DNA of 64,000 bases from a virus. Location: positions 1 to 64,000 of IMG/VR virus record IMGVR_UViG_3300032397_000008; one strand, written 5' to 3'. Positions 38,048-46,237 of the stretch are shown piece by piece; the stretch's first letter is position 1; each line of letters begins with the position of its first letter. The notes beneath the pieces are model-generated. The model saw only the letters and a program-made list of their open reading frames with translations, was not told the origin of the DNA and ran no database searches. Position numbers and translations under genes: made by a program.

Positions 38048-38122
38048 GCCTCCGTAGTGAAACAGATATCACGCAAGTCTTCGAAACTTGAAGTGCTGGT
38101 GCGACTCCAGCCGGGGGTGCCA
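38048..38122 (+). tRNA. tRNA-Arg(TCG)
   Basis: Cloverleaf, CCA. Confidence 0.85.
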
Positions 38123-38133
38123 TTTGTATACAT

Positions 38134-38217
38134 GCCAGCGTGGTTAACGGGGAAGAGCAGACCCATCTGAATTAGAATCAGACAGCCTTGAAGGTGCAAT
38201 TCCTTTCGCTGGCACCA
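38134..38217 (+). tRNA. tRNA-Leu(TAG)
   Basis: Variable arm, CCA. Confidence 0.85.
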
Positions 38218-38246
38218 TTTTTCGTAGTCGTAGTTAAGGCGTGACC

Positions 38247-38330
38247 GCCCGTGTGGTCTAGGTGAGAAAAGCACATCGCACCGGCTTAAACCCGGCGACT
38301 TTGCAGGTGCAAGTCCTGTCACGGGCACCA
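38247..38330 (+). tRNA. tRNA-Leu(TAA)
   Basis: Variable arm, CCA. Confidence 0.8.
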
Positions 38331-38338
38331 ATTTTAAG

Positions 38339-38659
38339 ATGAATGCTGATCTGATAGTGGTTCTGTTGCTGGAAACTGATTTGGTCCATAAGACCACAGT
38401 GAAGTTCTGGAATCTCTATAACGCTTTGCCTGAGGAGATTCAAGCCATAGCGAATAAGCAGTTTGCCCTGCTTAAGCAGAATCCTCTGCATCCGAGTCTG
38501 CATTTCAGAAAATTGCCTGACAGGGGGCTGTGGGAAGCTTACGTAACGAACCAAGGAGTGGCCTATAGGGCATTTGCAAGACCTTTAGGACAAGGCAGTT
38601 ACGAATGGTTTTTTATTGGAACTCATCGGGAAGCTGAAAGATTTTTACGAAGTTTGTAA
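38339..38659 (+). CDS. RelE/ParE-superfamily toxin-like protein
   Basis: FWNLYNALPEEIQ...NPLHPSLHFRKL...YRA...WFFIGTH. Confidence 0.8.
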   Translation: MNADLIVVLLLETDLVHKTTVKFWNLYNALPEEIQAIANKQFALLKQNPLHPSLHFRKLPDRGLWEAYVTNQGVAYRAFARPLGQGSYEWFFIGTHREAERFLRSL

Positions 38660-38700
38660 TTTTTGTTGACAAGATCACCTTGGTGTGGCAAATTGATGAT

Positions 38701-38940
38701 ATGAAAACAGAGACAAAACTGCTGACCGAAGAAGATATCAAGGCGTTGAAAGCGATCAACGAGTCTCAATCCTCCTGGAAGGAGAAGTTTTTCAATGAGC
38801 TAGAAGAAATCGGCAAGCGGGAGGCAGCTCGTCGGCCAGGGGAGAAGATTTCAATGGCGGATGTGCAAGCGGAGTTTTCCCAGTACGATGACTCTGGACT
38901 GACTTTGGAAGAGGGGTTTGCCAGGTTGGCAAAAGTGTGA
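38701..38940 (+). CDS. Small acidic protein, possible antitoxin
   Basis: Follows the toxin-like gene; own TTGACA upstream. Confidence 0.5.
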   Translation: MKTETKLLTEEDIKALKAINESQSSWKEKFFNELEEIGKREAARRPGEKISMADVQAEFSQYDDSGLTLEEGFARLAKV

Positions 38941-38956
38941 TTTTCCGTTGCCGAAT

Positions 38957-39045
38957 TGCGGGGACAGGCCGGAGGACGCCAATCCGGCTCATAACCGGAG
39001 CCTCGAAAGAGACTATGGGTGGTGCAACGCCATCCCCCGCAACCA
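38957..39045 (+). tRNA. tRNA-Met(CAT), initiator-like acceptor stem, long variable arm
   Basis: TGCGGGG/CCCCGCA-ACCA; TCCGG-CTCATAA-CCGGA. Confidence 0.8.
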
Positions 39046-39055
39046 ATTTACAAAT

Positions 39056-39682
39056 ATGCCACTACGAGCACAAGAGTTGAAACAGTTCGCCGGTCCACTT
39101 TTTATTGAAACTGGGGCGTGGGACGGAGAGGGGGTTGTTGAAGCCTTGAATGCTGGATTTGAAAAAGTCATTTCCATCGAGGCTGGAGAAGGCAAGTATC
39201 AGCATTGTGTAAAACGTTTTCAAAACGACCCACGAGTAATGATGGTTTATGGCACGTCGCAAGACCAGCTATGGCACGTGATTAAAGACATTACGATTCC
39301 GGTTGTGGTTTATCTTGACGCTCACTACTGTGGGGATACCGGGTACGGTTCTTGTGCCCTCGGTTCCCCGGTTAGTGAGGAATTGGCAATTCTTGCGCGA
39401 CACCCAATACGATGTCACACCATCTTGATCGACGACATACGCTGTTTCAAGGATGGTGACTGGATGTTTGATGAGTTTTTGAAAGACGAGGCTGTCGAAG
39501 CTCTTGAAGCGAAGATTCGACAGATTAACCCCGATTACACTATCAGTTATCTGGATGGCCGATTTCCTGACAAGTTCAATAATCCGACCGTGTTTCTTGA
39601 AGATGTGTTGATGGCGCAAGTTTTAGCTGACTGTGCCGGACCGGAAGGTAAGGTGGCAAAGCTTGCTACGGCAGCCCGCTAA
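39056..39682 (+). CDS. Methyltransferase-like hypothetical protein
   Basis: FIETGAWDG, YLDAH, ILIDDIR. Confidence 0.7.
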   Translation: MPLRAQELKQFAGPLFIETGAWDGEGVVEALNAGFEKVISIEAGEGKYQHCVKRFQNDPRVMMVYGTSQDQLWHVIKDITIPVVVYLDAHYCGDTGYGSCALGSPVSEELAILARHPIRCHTILIDDIRCFKDGDWMFDEFLKDEAVEALEAKIRQINPDYTISYLDGRFPDKFNNPTVFLEDVLMAQVLADCAGPEGKVAKLATAAR

Positions 39683-39732
39683 GCTGATCGCACCCGCAAG
39701 GGTGTCTGGAGCGTTACCAGTGCCTTCCGCCA
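39643..39732 (+). tRNA. tRNA-Ser(GCT)
   Basis: Long variable arm, G73, CCA. Confidence 0.8.
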
Positions 39733-39737
39733 ATTTT

Positions 39738-39831
39738 AGCCTCGTGATGTAACAGTGAACATGGCGGCCCTATAAGCCGTGAAGCCCTAGATTTGGGCGC
39801 TATCTCGGTGCAAATCCGGGCGAGGCTACCA
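39738..39831 (+). tRNA. tRNA-Ile(TAT) with long variable arm
   Basis: GCGGC-CCTATAA-GCCGT; extra hairpin GCCC/GGGC; CCA. Confidence 0.8.
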
Positions 39832-39848
39832 TTTTTGTTCTTAACCGT

Positions 39849-40322
39849 ATGGATACGCACTACAAAATCATGGATATAGGCAGGCTGGACTTCTTGCGGG
39901 GTACAATGCCACAGGGTCTTGTAGTGACGAATGGGTGCTTCGATTGTCTTCATGCCGGGCACGTGGACTATCTGGAGAGGGCCAGGAGCCTCGGTAAAAT
40001 GCTGATTGTCGGATTGAACGGCGACGATGCGGTTACTGTTCTAAAGGGAGCGGGCCGTCCGATTAACAAGGAGACGGACCGAGCCAGGGTTCTGGCAGCT
40101 CTTGAATGTGTTCACTTTGTAATTATTTTTCAGGACGTCAGGGCGACCGAGTTCATTCGAATCGCTAAGCCGGAGATTTATGTCAAGGGCGGGGACTATA
40201 CATTGGAGACCCTTTACCCGCCTGAGCGAGAGGCCGTAGAGGCAGCGGGGGGTAGGATCGTCATTCTTCCGCTCTCTAAAGGGTACTCCACGACTGAAAT
40301 GATCAAACGAATTGCCAGGTAG
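39849..40322 (+). CDS. D-glycero-D-manno-heptose 1-phosphate adenylyltransferase (RfaE/HldE domain II)
   Basis: TNGCFDCLHAGHV, KGAGRPIN, YVKGGDY, STT. Confidence 0.9.
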   Translation: MDTHYKIMDIGRLDFLRGTMPQGLVVTNGCFDCLHAGHVDYLERARSLGKMLIVGLNGDDAVTVLKGAGRPINKETDRARVLAALECVHFVIIFQDVRATEFIRIAKPEIYVKGGDYTLETLYPPEREAVEAAGGRIVILPLSKGYSTTEMIKRIAR

Positions 40323-40387
40323 CTCAATAGTAGAGCGACACGCTGTTAACGTGAGGGTTGTGGGTGCAAGTCCTACCCTGGCAGCCA
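40313..40387 (+). tRNA. tRNA-Asn(GTT), second copy
   Basis: Cloverleaf, CCA. Confidence 0.9.
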
Positions 40388-40388
40388 T

Positions 40389-40472
40389 GAGCATGTGGTT
40401 TACCCAGAATAGCAGATGGACCAGATCGAGAATCTGGAAGCCTTGGGAGTGCAAGTCTCCCCATGCTCACCA
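40389..40472 (+). tRNA. tRNA-Leu(GAG)
   Basis: Variable arm, CCA. Confidence 0.85.
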
Positions 40473-40481
40473 ATTTATTAA

Positions 40482-40560
40482 ACCGCTGAAGCCACAGTAG
40501 ACGGGCAACCGACTTTTAATCGGTCTATTCGTGAGGCTGCAACTGCCTCCAGCGGTACCA
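40482..40560 (+). tRNA. tRNA-Lys(TTT)
   Basis: ACCGA-CTTTTAA-TCGGT, CCA. Confidence 0.85.
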
Positions 40561-40567
40561 TTTTCAT

Positions 40568-40645
40568 AGCCACGTGGGAGAGTAGTCGAATCCAACCGCC
40601 TTTGAAGCGGTAAAGCCGTTGGTGCAAATCCAACCGTGGCCGCCA
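40568..40645 (+). tRNA. tRNA-Gln(TTG)
   Basis: Cloverleaf, CCA. Confidence 0.85.
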
Positions 40646-40691
40646 CTTTTCACTTGACACAATCCCCAAGAACGCACATCATCAAAACTAT

Positions 40692-40856
40692 ATGGGTAAA
40701 ACATGGCATGGGTCAAAAGGCCCTGGATACGAGCACTGGTTAGCACAACCTAGAAACCGTGGTGCGGCTATTCCAAACAAGTTTCGCAAAAAACTAATTC
40801 ACCGAAAAGAACGGCGAGCCGTTCACCGGCAAGTGGAAAGAGAATTTGATGACTGA
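40692..40856 (+). CDS. 54-aa basic protein missed by the ORF track
   Basis: MGKTWHGSKGPGYEHW...KLIHRKERR; TTGACA upstream; overlaps the HNH start. Confidence 0.6.
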   Translation: MGKTWHGSKGPGYEHWLAQPRNRGAAIPNKFRKKLIHRKERRAVHRQVEREFDD

Positions 40857-41421
40857 CGTATTGGACGAAAAGTGTCTGGTTCTTAATCGAGTTTGGCAGG
40901 CGATTGGTGAGACCAGTGTGCGTGTTGCGATGTGCGATATCGTTCGCGAGTCGGCAACTGCAATTGATACGGAGACCATGACTCCCATGCGCACGGAAGA
41001 GTGGTTTTCTCTGCCCATTCGTCCTATCGACAAGTTTTTACGGCTGACCCGGGACCGGCGAGTAAGGGTGCCCACTGTAATCAGCCGAATAGGTTATGAC
41101 AAGATGCCAATGAAGCCCCCGCGTCTTGACAAGAAGAATCTTGTGGATCGGGACAAGAATGCTTGTCAGTACTGCGGCCAGGTGCATCGGATCGATCATC
41201 TGAACATGGACCACGTCCTACCGAGGTCTCGGGGCGGCAATAAGACTTGGAAGAACATCGTATCGTCCTGTGTTCCTTGTAATAGCAAGAAGGCTGATAA
41301 GACTCCCGGAGAGGCAGGCATGCGTCTCATCAAAATACCAAAGGAACCTGCCCGTAAGCCGGTTGTCGCTTCCATTCGAAAGCGTCCGGACCGCCCAGAG
41401 TGGGATTCCTTTCTAATTTGA
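40849..41421 (+). CDS. HNH endonuclease (McrA-like)
   Basis: RDKNACQYCG, DHVLPRSRGG, CVPCNSKK. Confidence 0.92.
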   Translation: MTDVLDEKCLVLNRVWQAIGETSVRVAMCDIVRESATAIDTETMTPMRTEEWFSLPIRPIDKFLRLTRDRRVRVPTVISRIGYDKMPMKPPRLDKKNLVDRDKNACQYCGQVHRIDHLNMDHVLPRSRGGNKTWKNIVSSCVPCNSKKADKTPGEAGMRLIKIPKEPARKPVVASIRKRPDRPEWDSFLI

Positions 41422-41504
41422 TGCCTGTCGATTGTAGACAATTCTCCGTCATAGTGAGGATTTTGTGTGTATACGTCTACGGTGTGACGCTGTAGTTACT
41501 CTGG

Positions 41505-41717
41505 ATGCACAACACGTTAGAGTATGGATCAAGAGGGTGCCAATGCCAGCTCTGTGTGCCGAACTTGGACGTTGTGGAAATAGATACGCCCCGATCACTG
41601 GATCGGGGCGTGGATACAAAACCACAGCGTTCGTTTCAGGAACGCAGAATAACTACGCAAGCATTTTTGGAGGTTTGCAGAATCCTCCAAATGCCCGTGC
41701 CCGGAGTCTTTAACTGA
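41505..41717 (+). CDS. Small hypothetical protein
   Basis: GTAGTTA motif 6 nt upstream of ATG. Confidence 0.4.
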   Translation: MHNTLEYGSRGCQCQLCVPNLDVVEIDTPRSLDRGVDTKPQRSFQERRITTQAFLEVCRILQMPVPGVFN

Positions 41718-41748
41718 CCGATTAGTGACTGTCAGGCCACTCGGACAG

Positions 41749-42606
41749 CTAGGAACTTACAATTTGACCGTGGTGGTCGCTGTTCAAGCCAGTGACCGAT
41801 GCCACGGGTGAATCCAGGTAGCACTGGATTATCTTAGTTTCCAATTCTGGAAGCGGCCTTCGACCATGAAGTTCGGAGAAACAACCCGAGCGGATAGCTT
41901 TCTCGTCGACTTTAGTAATTTGGCCTGTGCCAAAAGCCATTCGATCCTGACGGCGCTCAAACTGGTCTGATGACCACCACGGAGGTATGTCCATAACCGG
42001 TACTACTTTCTTAGCGATAGCGTAGGTTAAGATAGCTTCGTCGATTCCCCATCTATCCCCCTCTTTGGCTTGTTCATAGAGCAATTTGTAGTCTTCGTGG
42101 TAAATTCGTCGGATGTATTCTGGAAAAGTGGGGGTTGGGTTTACTACTTTTTTCCATATACGTGACTTAGCTGTAGCATAGGCGGTGGTGTAGTACGGGT
42201 AAGGGTAGTTTCCGCTCCATTTCGGCCCCAAACAAATAGCGTGCATCGCATCATCAGCAGGCCCTTCAATCATTTTTAACAAGTGGTCAGATAATGGGAC
42301 ATTGTCAATGCCACAGATCAAGACGACTTCATCGTCTGAAAATTGGCAGGCACCCCATAGTAGTCCCGCTGATGGTTTCCAGTTTCGATCCGGGTAATGG
42401 ATAAGGTCTGAGTCGCTATCGGTTTGTCTGACTTCTCCAAACTCAGTCGATAACTTTAAGGCATCCAGAGATTCCTGTGTTCCTACGTAGAGTAGCACTG
42501 GGTCCAGGCCGAGCTTTTGTTTAAAGACTCGGGAGTTCCAGTACCAGTAACCTGTGTAGCTAGGATTGGAATCCAGGCAGAAAAGGACTTTGTCGATTTT
42601 CACCAA
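41749..42606 (-). CDS. Glycosyltransferase-like hypothetical protein
   Basis: 285-aa ORF; ICGIDNVPL, WGIDE. Confidence 0.55.
   Translation of the reverse strand: MVKIDKVLFCLDSNPSYTGYWYWNSRVFKQKLGLDPVLLYVGTQESLDALKLSTEFGEVRQTDSDSDLIHYPDRNWKPSAGLLWGACQFSDDEVVLICGIDNVPLSDHLLKMIEGPADDAMHAICLGPKWSGNYPYPYYTTAYATAKSRIWKKVVNPTPTFPEYIRRIYHEDYKLLYEQAKEGDRWGIDEAILTYAIAKKVVPVMDIPPWWSSDQFERRQDRMAFGTGQITKVDEKAIRSGCFSELHGRRPLPELETKIIQCYLDSPVASVTGLNSDHHGQIVSS
41770..41805 (+). repeat. Dispersed 36-nt hairpin repeat, copy 2
   Basis: Identical to 29208-29243. Confidence 0.95.
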
Positions 42607-42668
42607 CAGTAAGAACTATTTTGGGTTCATAGAATAGTAGGCAGTGAGTAATATGCTAATGTAGACAT

Positions 42669-42923
42669 ATGCGTAATTTCAAAGTTGATCCTTTTTATGA
42701 GGGACCCAGGTCAAAGGTTTGGCCAAGGAACAAAGTGTATACGCTCAAGGAAGTAGATGATCGATGCAGAAAAACCAACGCTTACCTGGAAATATCGGGT
42801 CAGCGTCGCTACTTCATCAAGGACTCGCGGCGTCGGGTAATCACTAGGCTGGTTACAACTACACGACAGGCCAGTAGCCACGTTGAACCAGAGAGTGTCA
42901 AAGCCTACGTTGTCGTAGCATGA
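42669..42923 (+). CDS. Small basic hypothetical protein
   Basis: 84-aa ORF. Confidence 0.5.
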   Translation: MRNFKVDPFYEGPRSKVWPRNKVYTLKEVDDRCRKTNAYLEISGQRRYFIKDSRRRVITRLVTTTRQASSHVEPESVKAYVVVA

Positions 42924-43004
42924 ACGCATTCCTTGATCGAATAGGAACGAGTGATTGTGGCGCTTGGGTAGGGGAGGGTATGCCCATTTTTGTAGACGTA
43001 TTCC

Positions 43005-44063
43005 ATGAAAATTTCTAAAATCGGTTCCTGGGTTTTCGGTTCTAAGAGTAAAGACAAATCTTTAAGCGACTGTGACACAGCTATGACAAATATATCCGGT
43101 TACTTCAACTCGAACCCCTGGCCGTTGATCCTGTGGGTTTCAGAACTTAACCTTCAAATTCAGGTGGCTGCCGCACCGCCCAATCGGTTCGTGCAGGACG
43201 ATAGAGGCAATCGTATAAACGATCCAATTTTGGACAAGTATTGTGGCCAGAAAATGCTGCAACGCGAGGTGAGTCAGGAACCAGTTCCTATTCTGTTGTT
43301 TACCCGCAATCCGGCCGCAGCCAAGAGCGATGAGCGTAAGTCTCCAGTCTCATCTGTGAAAGCGTTTGCCAGAGATTCCCAAGGGCGCACAGTCGCCGTT
43401 CCAAATGACGTTCCAGAGACGATTCCGGCCGTGCCTTTGGTGTCTACCAATCCGGTTAGGGGCCTTACCATTGAGCAGGCTCGTAAGGCGGGTCTCGCTC
43501 GTCCTACCAAGCTGGTGCCAGAAGACTTCGGTGCTCCAGAGACAGCAGGTGCTCCTACACGTGGTCAGATTATTCCGACGATAGAGTACGCTCAAGACCT
43601 GGGACCCCGGGCGGTCAAGGCACTCAAGCTTAATGAAGAACTTACCCGTCCTCTAGCTTCTGTCGCTTCTCAGCCGGCTCGTCAGGCCGTTCTAAGGGCG
43701 TTGCACGAAGGTGTTGGGTATGATCCCGATTCACCTGACTTGCCAGAGATCGTGACTCGTAGAAAGAATATCGGTTTGCCGTCCCCGGTACAAGACGAGC
43801 GCCGTGTGGCACCGTACAAAGCTCCTGTCGAGGCTCCTCTTCCTGAGCCCATGCTGGAAGAAACTATTCCCCCGCCTGCGGTTCCGGTTCCGGTTAGTCT
43901 CAAGTTCCAACCGTTTGTATGTCTGGCGGATGGAAAAGGGTTCCCGAATCGGGAACAGCTTCTGATCTATATTACTGAGACGTTTCCTGACAGTGTAGCC
44001 GAGCTGATGGAGCCCTATCCGGCTATTCCCAAGAAGCGCCCGCGTAATCCTGCGCTACCGTAG
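43005..44063 (+). CDS. Pro-rich hypothetical protein
   Basis: 352-aa ORF; the start may be 43083. Confidence 0.7.
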   Translation: MKISKIGSWVFGSKSKDKSLSDCDTAMTNISGYFNSNPWPLILWVSELNLQIQVAAAPPNRFVQDDRGNRINDPILDKYCGQKMLQREVSQEPVPILLFTRNPAAAKSDERKSPVSSVKAFARDSQGRTVAVPNDVPETIPAVPLVSTNPVRGLTIEQARKAGLARPTKLVPEDFGAPETAGAPTRGQIIPTIEYAQDLGPRAVKALKLNEELTRPLASVASQPARQAVLRALHEGVGYDPDSPDLPEIVTRRKNIGLPSPVQDERRVAPYKAPVEAPLPEPMLEETIPPPAVPVPVSLKFQPFVCLADGKGFPNREQLLIYITETFPDSVAELMEPYPAIPKKRPRNPALP

Positions 44064-44078
44064 CCGCCGCCTCAACTC

Positions 44079-44114
44079 GTGGTGGTTGCTGTTCAAGCCA
44101 GTGACCGATGCCAC
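44079..44114 (+). repeat. Dispersed 36-nt hairpin repeat, copy 3
   Basis: One C>T difference from copies 1 and 2. Confidence 0.95.
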
Positions 44115-44133
44115 TCATGGTAGAAGTACACAC

Positions 44134-45414
44134 GTGAGACCTGATAGCCAAATTGTTGCGGAGTCTGTGAACTTAGAAAAAAACGAGCCTTCCGAACGAT
44201 ACGGAAGGCTCGTTGTTGTTTCCAGGTCGAAAGGTAAAGCTACTTGCCGTTGTGATTGTGGGCAGGTCAAAGAAGTCAATTATTACGCTATGCGGCATGG
44301 GTCTCCTAAAAGTTGTGGATGTATTCGACGGGAAATTACGTCTAAAGTCAACTTAATCCTAATATCGGTGGGAGAAAAGTTTGGAAAGCTCGTGGTAGTT
44401 GAGTACAACGGCAAGAGGTGCCTGTGCCAGTGCGAGTGTGGCAGAAAGTCAGTAGTAATGTCTACCAAGCTTCGAACCGGTAAAACTAGAAGCTGTGGGT
44501 GCCTTCGGGAGATGAACAATAAGGATACTGCGGCTATCATAGCACCTGGGTCAGTGTTCAACAGATTAACTTTGATGTCTCAGGATGGAGCGTTTGGCAC
44601 GTTTAAGTGTGAGTGTGGTAACGAGATTACGGTTAAAACGATTAAGGTTAGAAGCGGCCATACAAAAAGCTGCGGGTGCTTAGTGGTTGATCACGCTGTG
44701 CAAATGTCAAAAGACAAAGTGCGGCCGTACGGTGAAACAGCTTTTAATGGGGTTTTCGCTCAATATGTCTGCAATGCTAAATCCAGAGGAGTTGAATTCA
44801 AACTCAGCAAAGATGATGTAAAGCTTATCGTGGGTAAGCCGTGTTATTATTGCGGGTTGCCTCCTTCTAATGTAAAGATAGTAAAAAGTAGTATTGGAAA
44901 ATGTGTTTACAGCGGGATAGATCGAGTTAACTCATCAGACGGGTACACACATGAAAATGTAGTACCCTGTTGCATACGGTGTAATAACGCAAAGTATGAC
45001 CTTTCCGAGGAAGAGTTACTCTTGTACTTAAAAAGACTTCGCAGTTATACTGTACCAAACGAAACAGTGTACTCGAAGGTCTTGATAGAAGGTTTAGCAG
45101 AGCTTGAACGTGATTACGCAACGTACAAAAGTGCTGTTATTCATAAAGGGCGAAAATTTGAAATAGAGTTTGAAAAATTTAGGCAAATAGTGTCATCAAA
45201 CTGTCACTACTGCGGTGTTTCGCCCGGTTCAATACCTAAAAAAAGCACCGCTACTTATGCTCGTAATGGCATAGACAGAGTAGACAGTGGCATCGGCTAC
45301 ATTACAGGGAATATGGTCCCTTGCTGCTGGATGTGCAATCGAGCAAAATCAGATTCCATCTACGAAGACTTTATACGGTGGATAGACTTTTTGAAAAAGC
45401 CAAAGGCGCTCTAG
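44134..45414 (+). CDS. Homing endonuclease-like protein with three CxCG...SCGC repeats and two HNH-like domains
   Basis: GIDRVNS...NVVPCC..CN.AK occurs twice; AT-rich. Confidence 0.85.
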   Translation: MRPDSQIVAESVNLEKNEPSERYGRLVVVSRSKGKATCRCDCGQVKEVNYYAMRHGSPKSCGCIRREITSKVNLILISVGEKFGKLVVVEYNGKRCLCQCECGRKSVVMSTKLRTGKTRSCGCLREMNNKDTAAIIAPGSVFNRLTLMSQDGAFGTFKCECGNEITVKTIKVRSGHTKSCGCLVVDHAVQMSKDKVRPYGETAFNGVFAQYVCNAKSRGVEFKLSKDDVKLIVGKPCYYCGLPPSNVKIVKSSIGKCVYSGIDRVNSSDGYTHENVVPCCIRCNNAKYDLSEEELLLYLKRLRSYTVPNETVYSKVLIEGLAELERDYATYKSAVIHKGRKFEIEFEKFRQIVSSNCHYCGVSPGSIPKKSTATYARNGIDRVDSGIGYITGNMVPCCWMCNRAKSDSIYEDFIRWIDFLKKPKAL

Positions 45415-45436
45415 GCTCGTAACTTGTAGTTAAAGC

Positions 45437-46228
45437 ATGAGCGCAGGTGCCGTAAGTAGCCAATCTTCTGCCCCGAACATATTTGGGACTGCCAACTCAC
45501 CCGACAACCTTCCGCAGGGAGGGCGATCCGGTGGGGGGTATACAACGGATCAGTTGATTCAATACATCCGTCGGCAACTTGGAGAGCCTGTGTGGGTTGT
45601 TGAACTCACCAATCAACAGATTGCTGATAATATCAACGATGCTCTTCAGATGTTTTCGCTCTATGTCCCGTTAGAGCGAGTTGGAAATTTATTGTTGGTT
45701 CGTGGTCAGTTTAAGTATCTGGAAGGCATAGACATAGGGCAGGGAATTACAAACGTAAGTTTCCTAGAACCGAACCCAATTCCTACAGAAATTTTTTACG
45801 GCAATTTGATAAATCCTGCACCTTTGTTTCGTGTTGGTATCGACGAGTACGATAGTTTTCTACGGTGGCGTAAAGTGTGGCAGAGGGTCACCAGCGTAAG
45901 ACCAGACTGGTACTACGACGATTACGAGAAGGCGCTCTACATTCACAATCCTATCGAGCGATATCAAGCAGCAATTTGGGCGTTTTTCAACTGGACGGAT
46001 TTGGTCAAGGTGCCGGCGGTAGGTGCGAATTGGATTCGTCGTTACTCTCTGGAAAGGTCCCGTTATCAGTACGGTGATCTATTGATGAAATACTCAGGAG
46101 CCATTCCTGCTCCGGCAAAGGACATGGCGCTTGACAGTGCGAAACGTGCGGAAGCAGAAAAGCGAATCGACAAGCTGGAAGAGGAGTTGAAAGGAATGCA
46201 GTCCGCCACCGCTATCAGTATTGACTGA
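45437..46228 (+). CDS. Neck/head-completion protein (T4 gp13-like)
   Basis: LIQYIRRQLGEPVWVVELTNQQI, WIRRYSL...G..LMKY. Confidence 0.8.
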   Translation: MSAGAVSSQSSAPNIFGTANSPDNLPQGGRSGGGYTTDQLIQYIRRQLGEPVWVVELTNQQIADNINDALQMFSLYVPLERVGNLLLVRGQFKYLEGIDIGQGITNVSFLEPNPIPTEIFYGNLINPAPLFRVGIDEYDSFLRWRKVWQRVTSVRPDWYYDDYEKALYIHNPIERYQAAIWAFFNWTDLVKVPAVGANWIRRYSLERSRYQYGDLLMKYSGAIPAPAKDMALDSAKRAEAEKRIDKLEEELKGMQSATAISID

Positions 46229-46237
46229 TCCAAACTT

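Noticed and set aside
23700-40750. Many short ORF-track entries across the array (for example 23700-24107, 24655-25026, 35957-36349, 36455-36946, 37954-38397)
   Set aside because: They overlap tRNA, tmRNA or ncRNA genes and have no protein-like features
29208-44114. 36-nt repeats as a CRISPR array
   Set aside because: Copies are 2.3-12.5 kb apart with no spacer periodicity, and no cas genes are seen in the window
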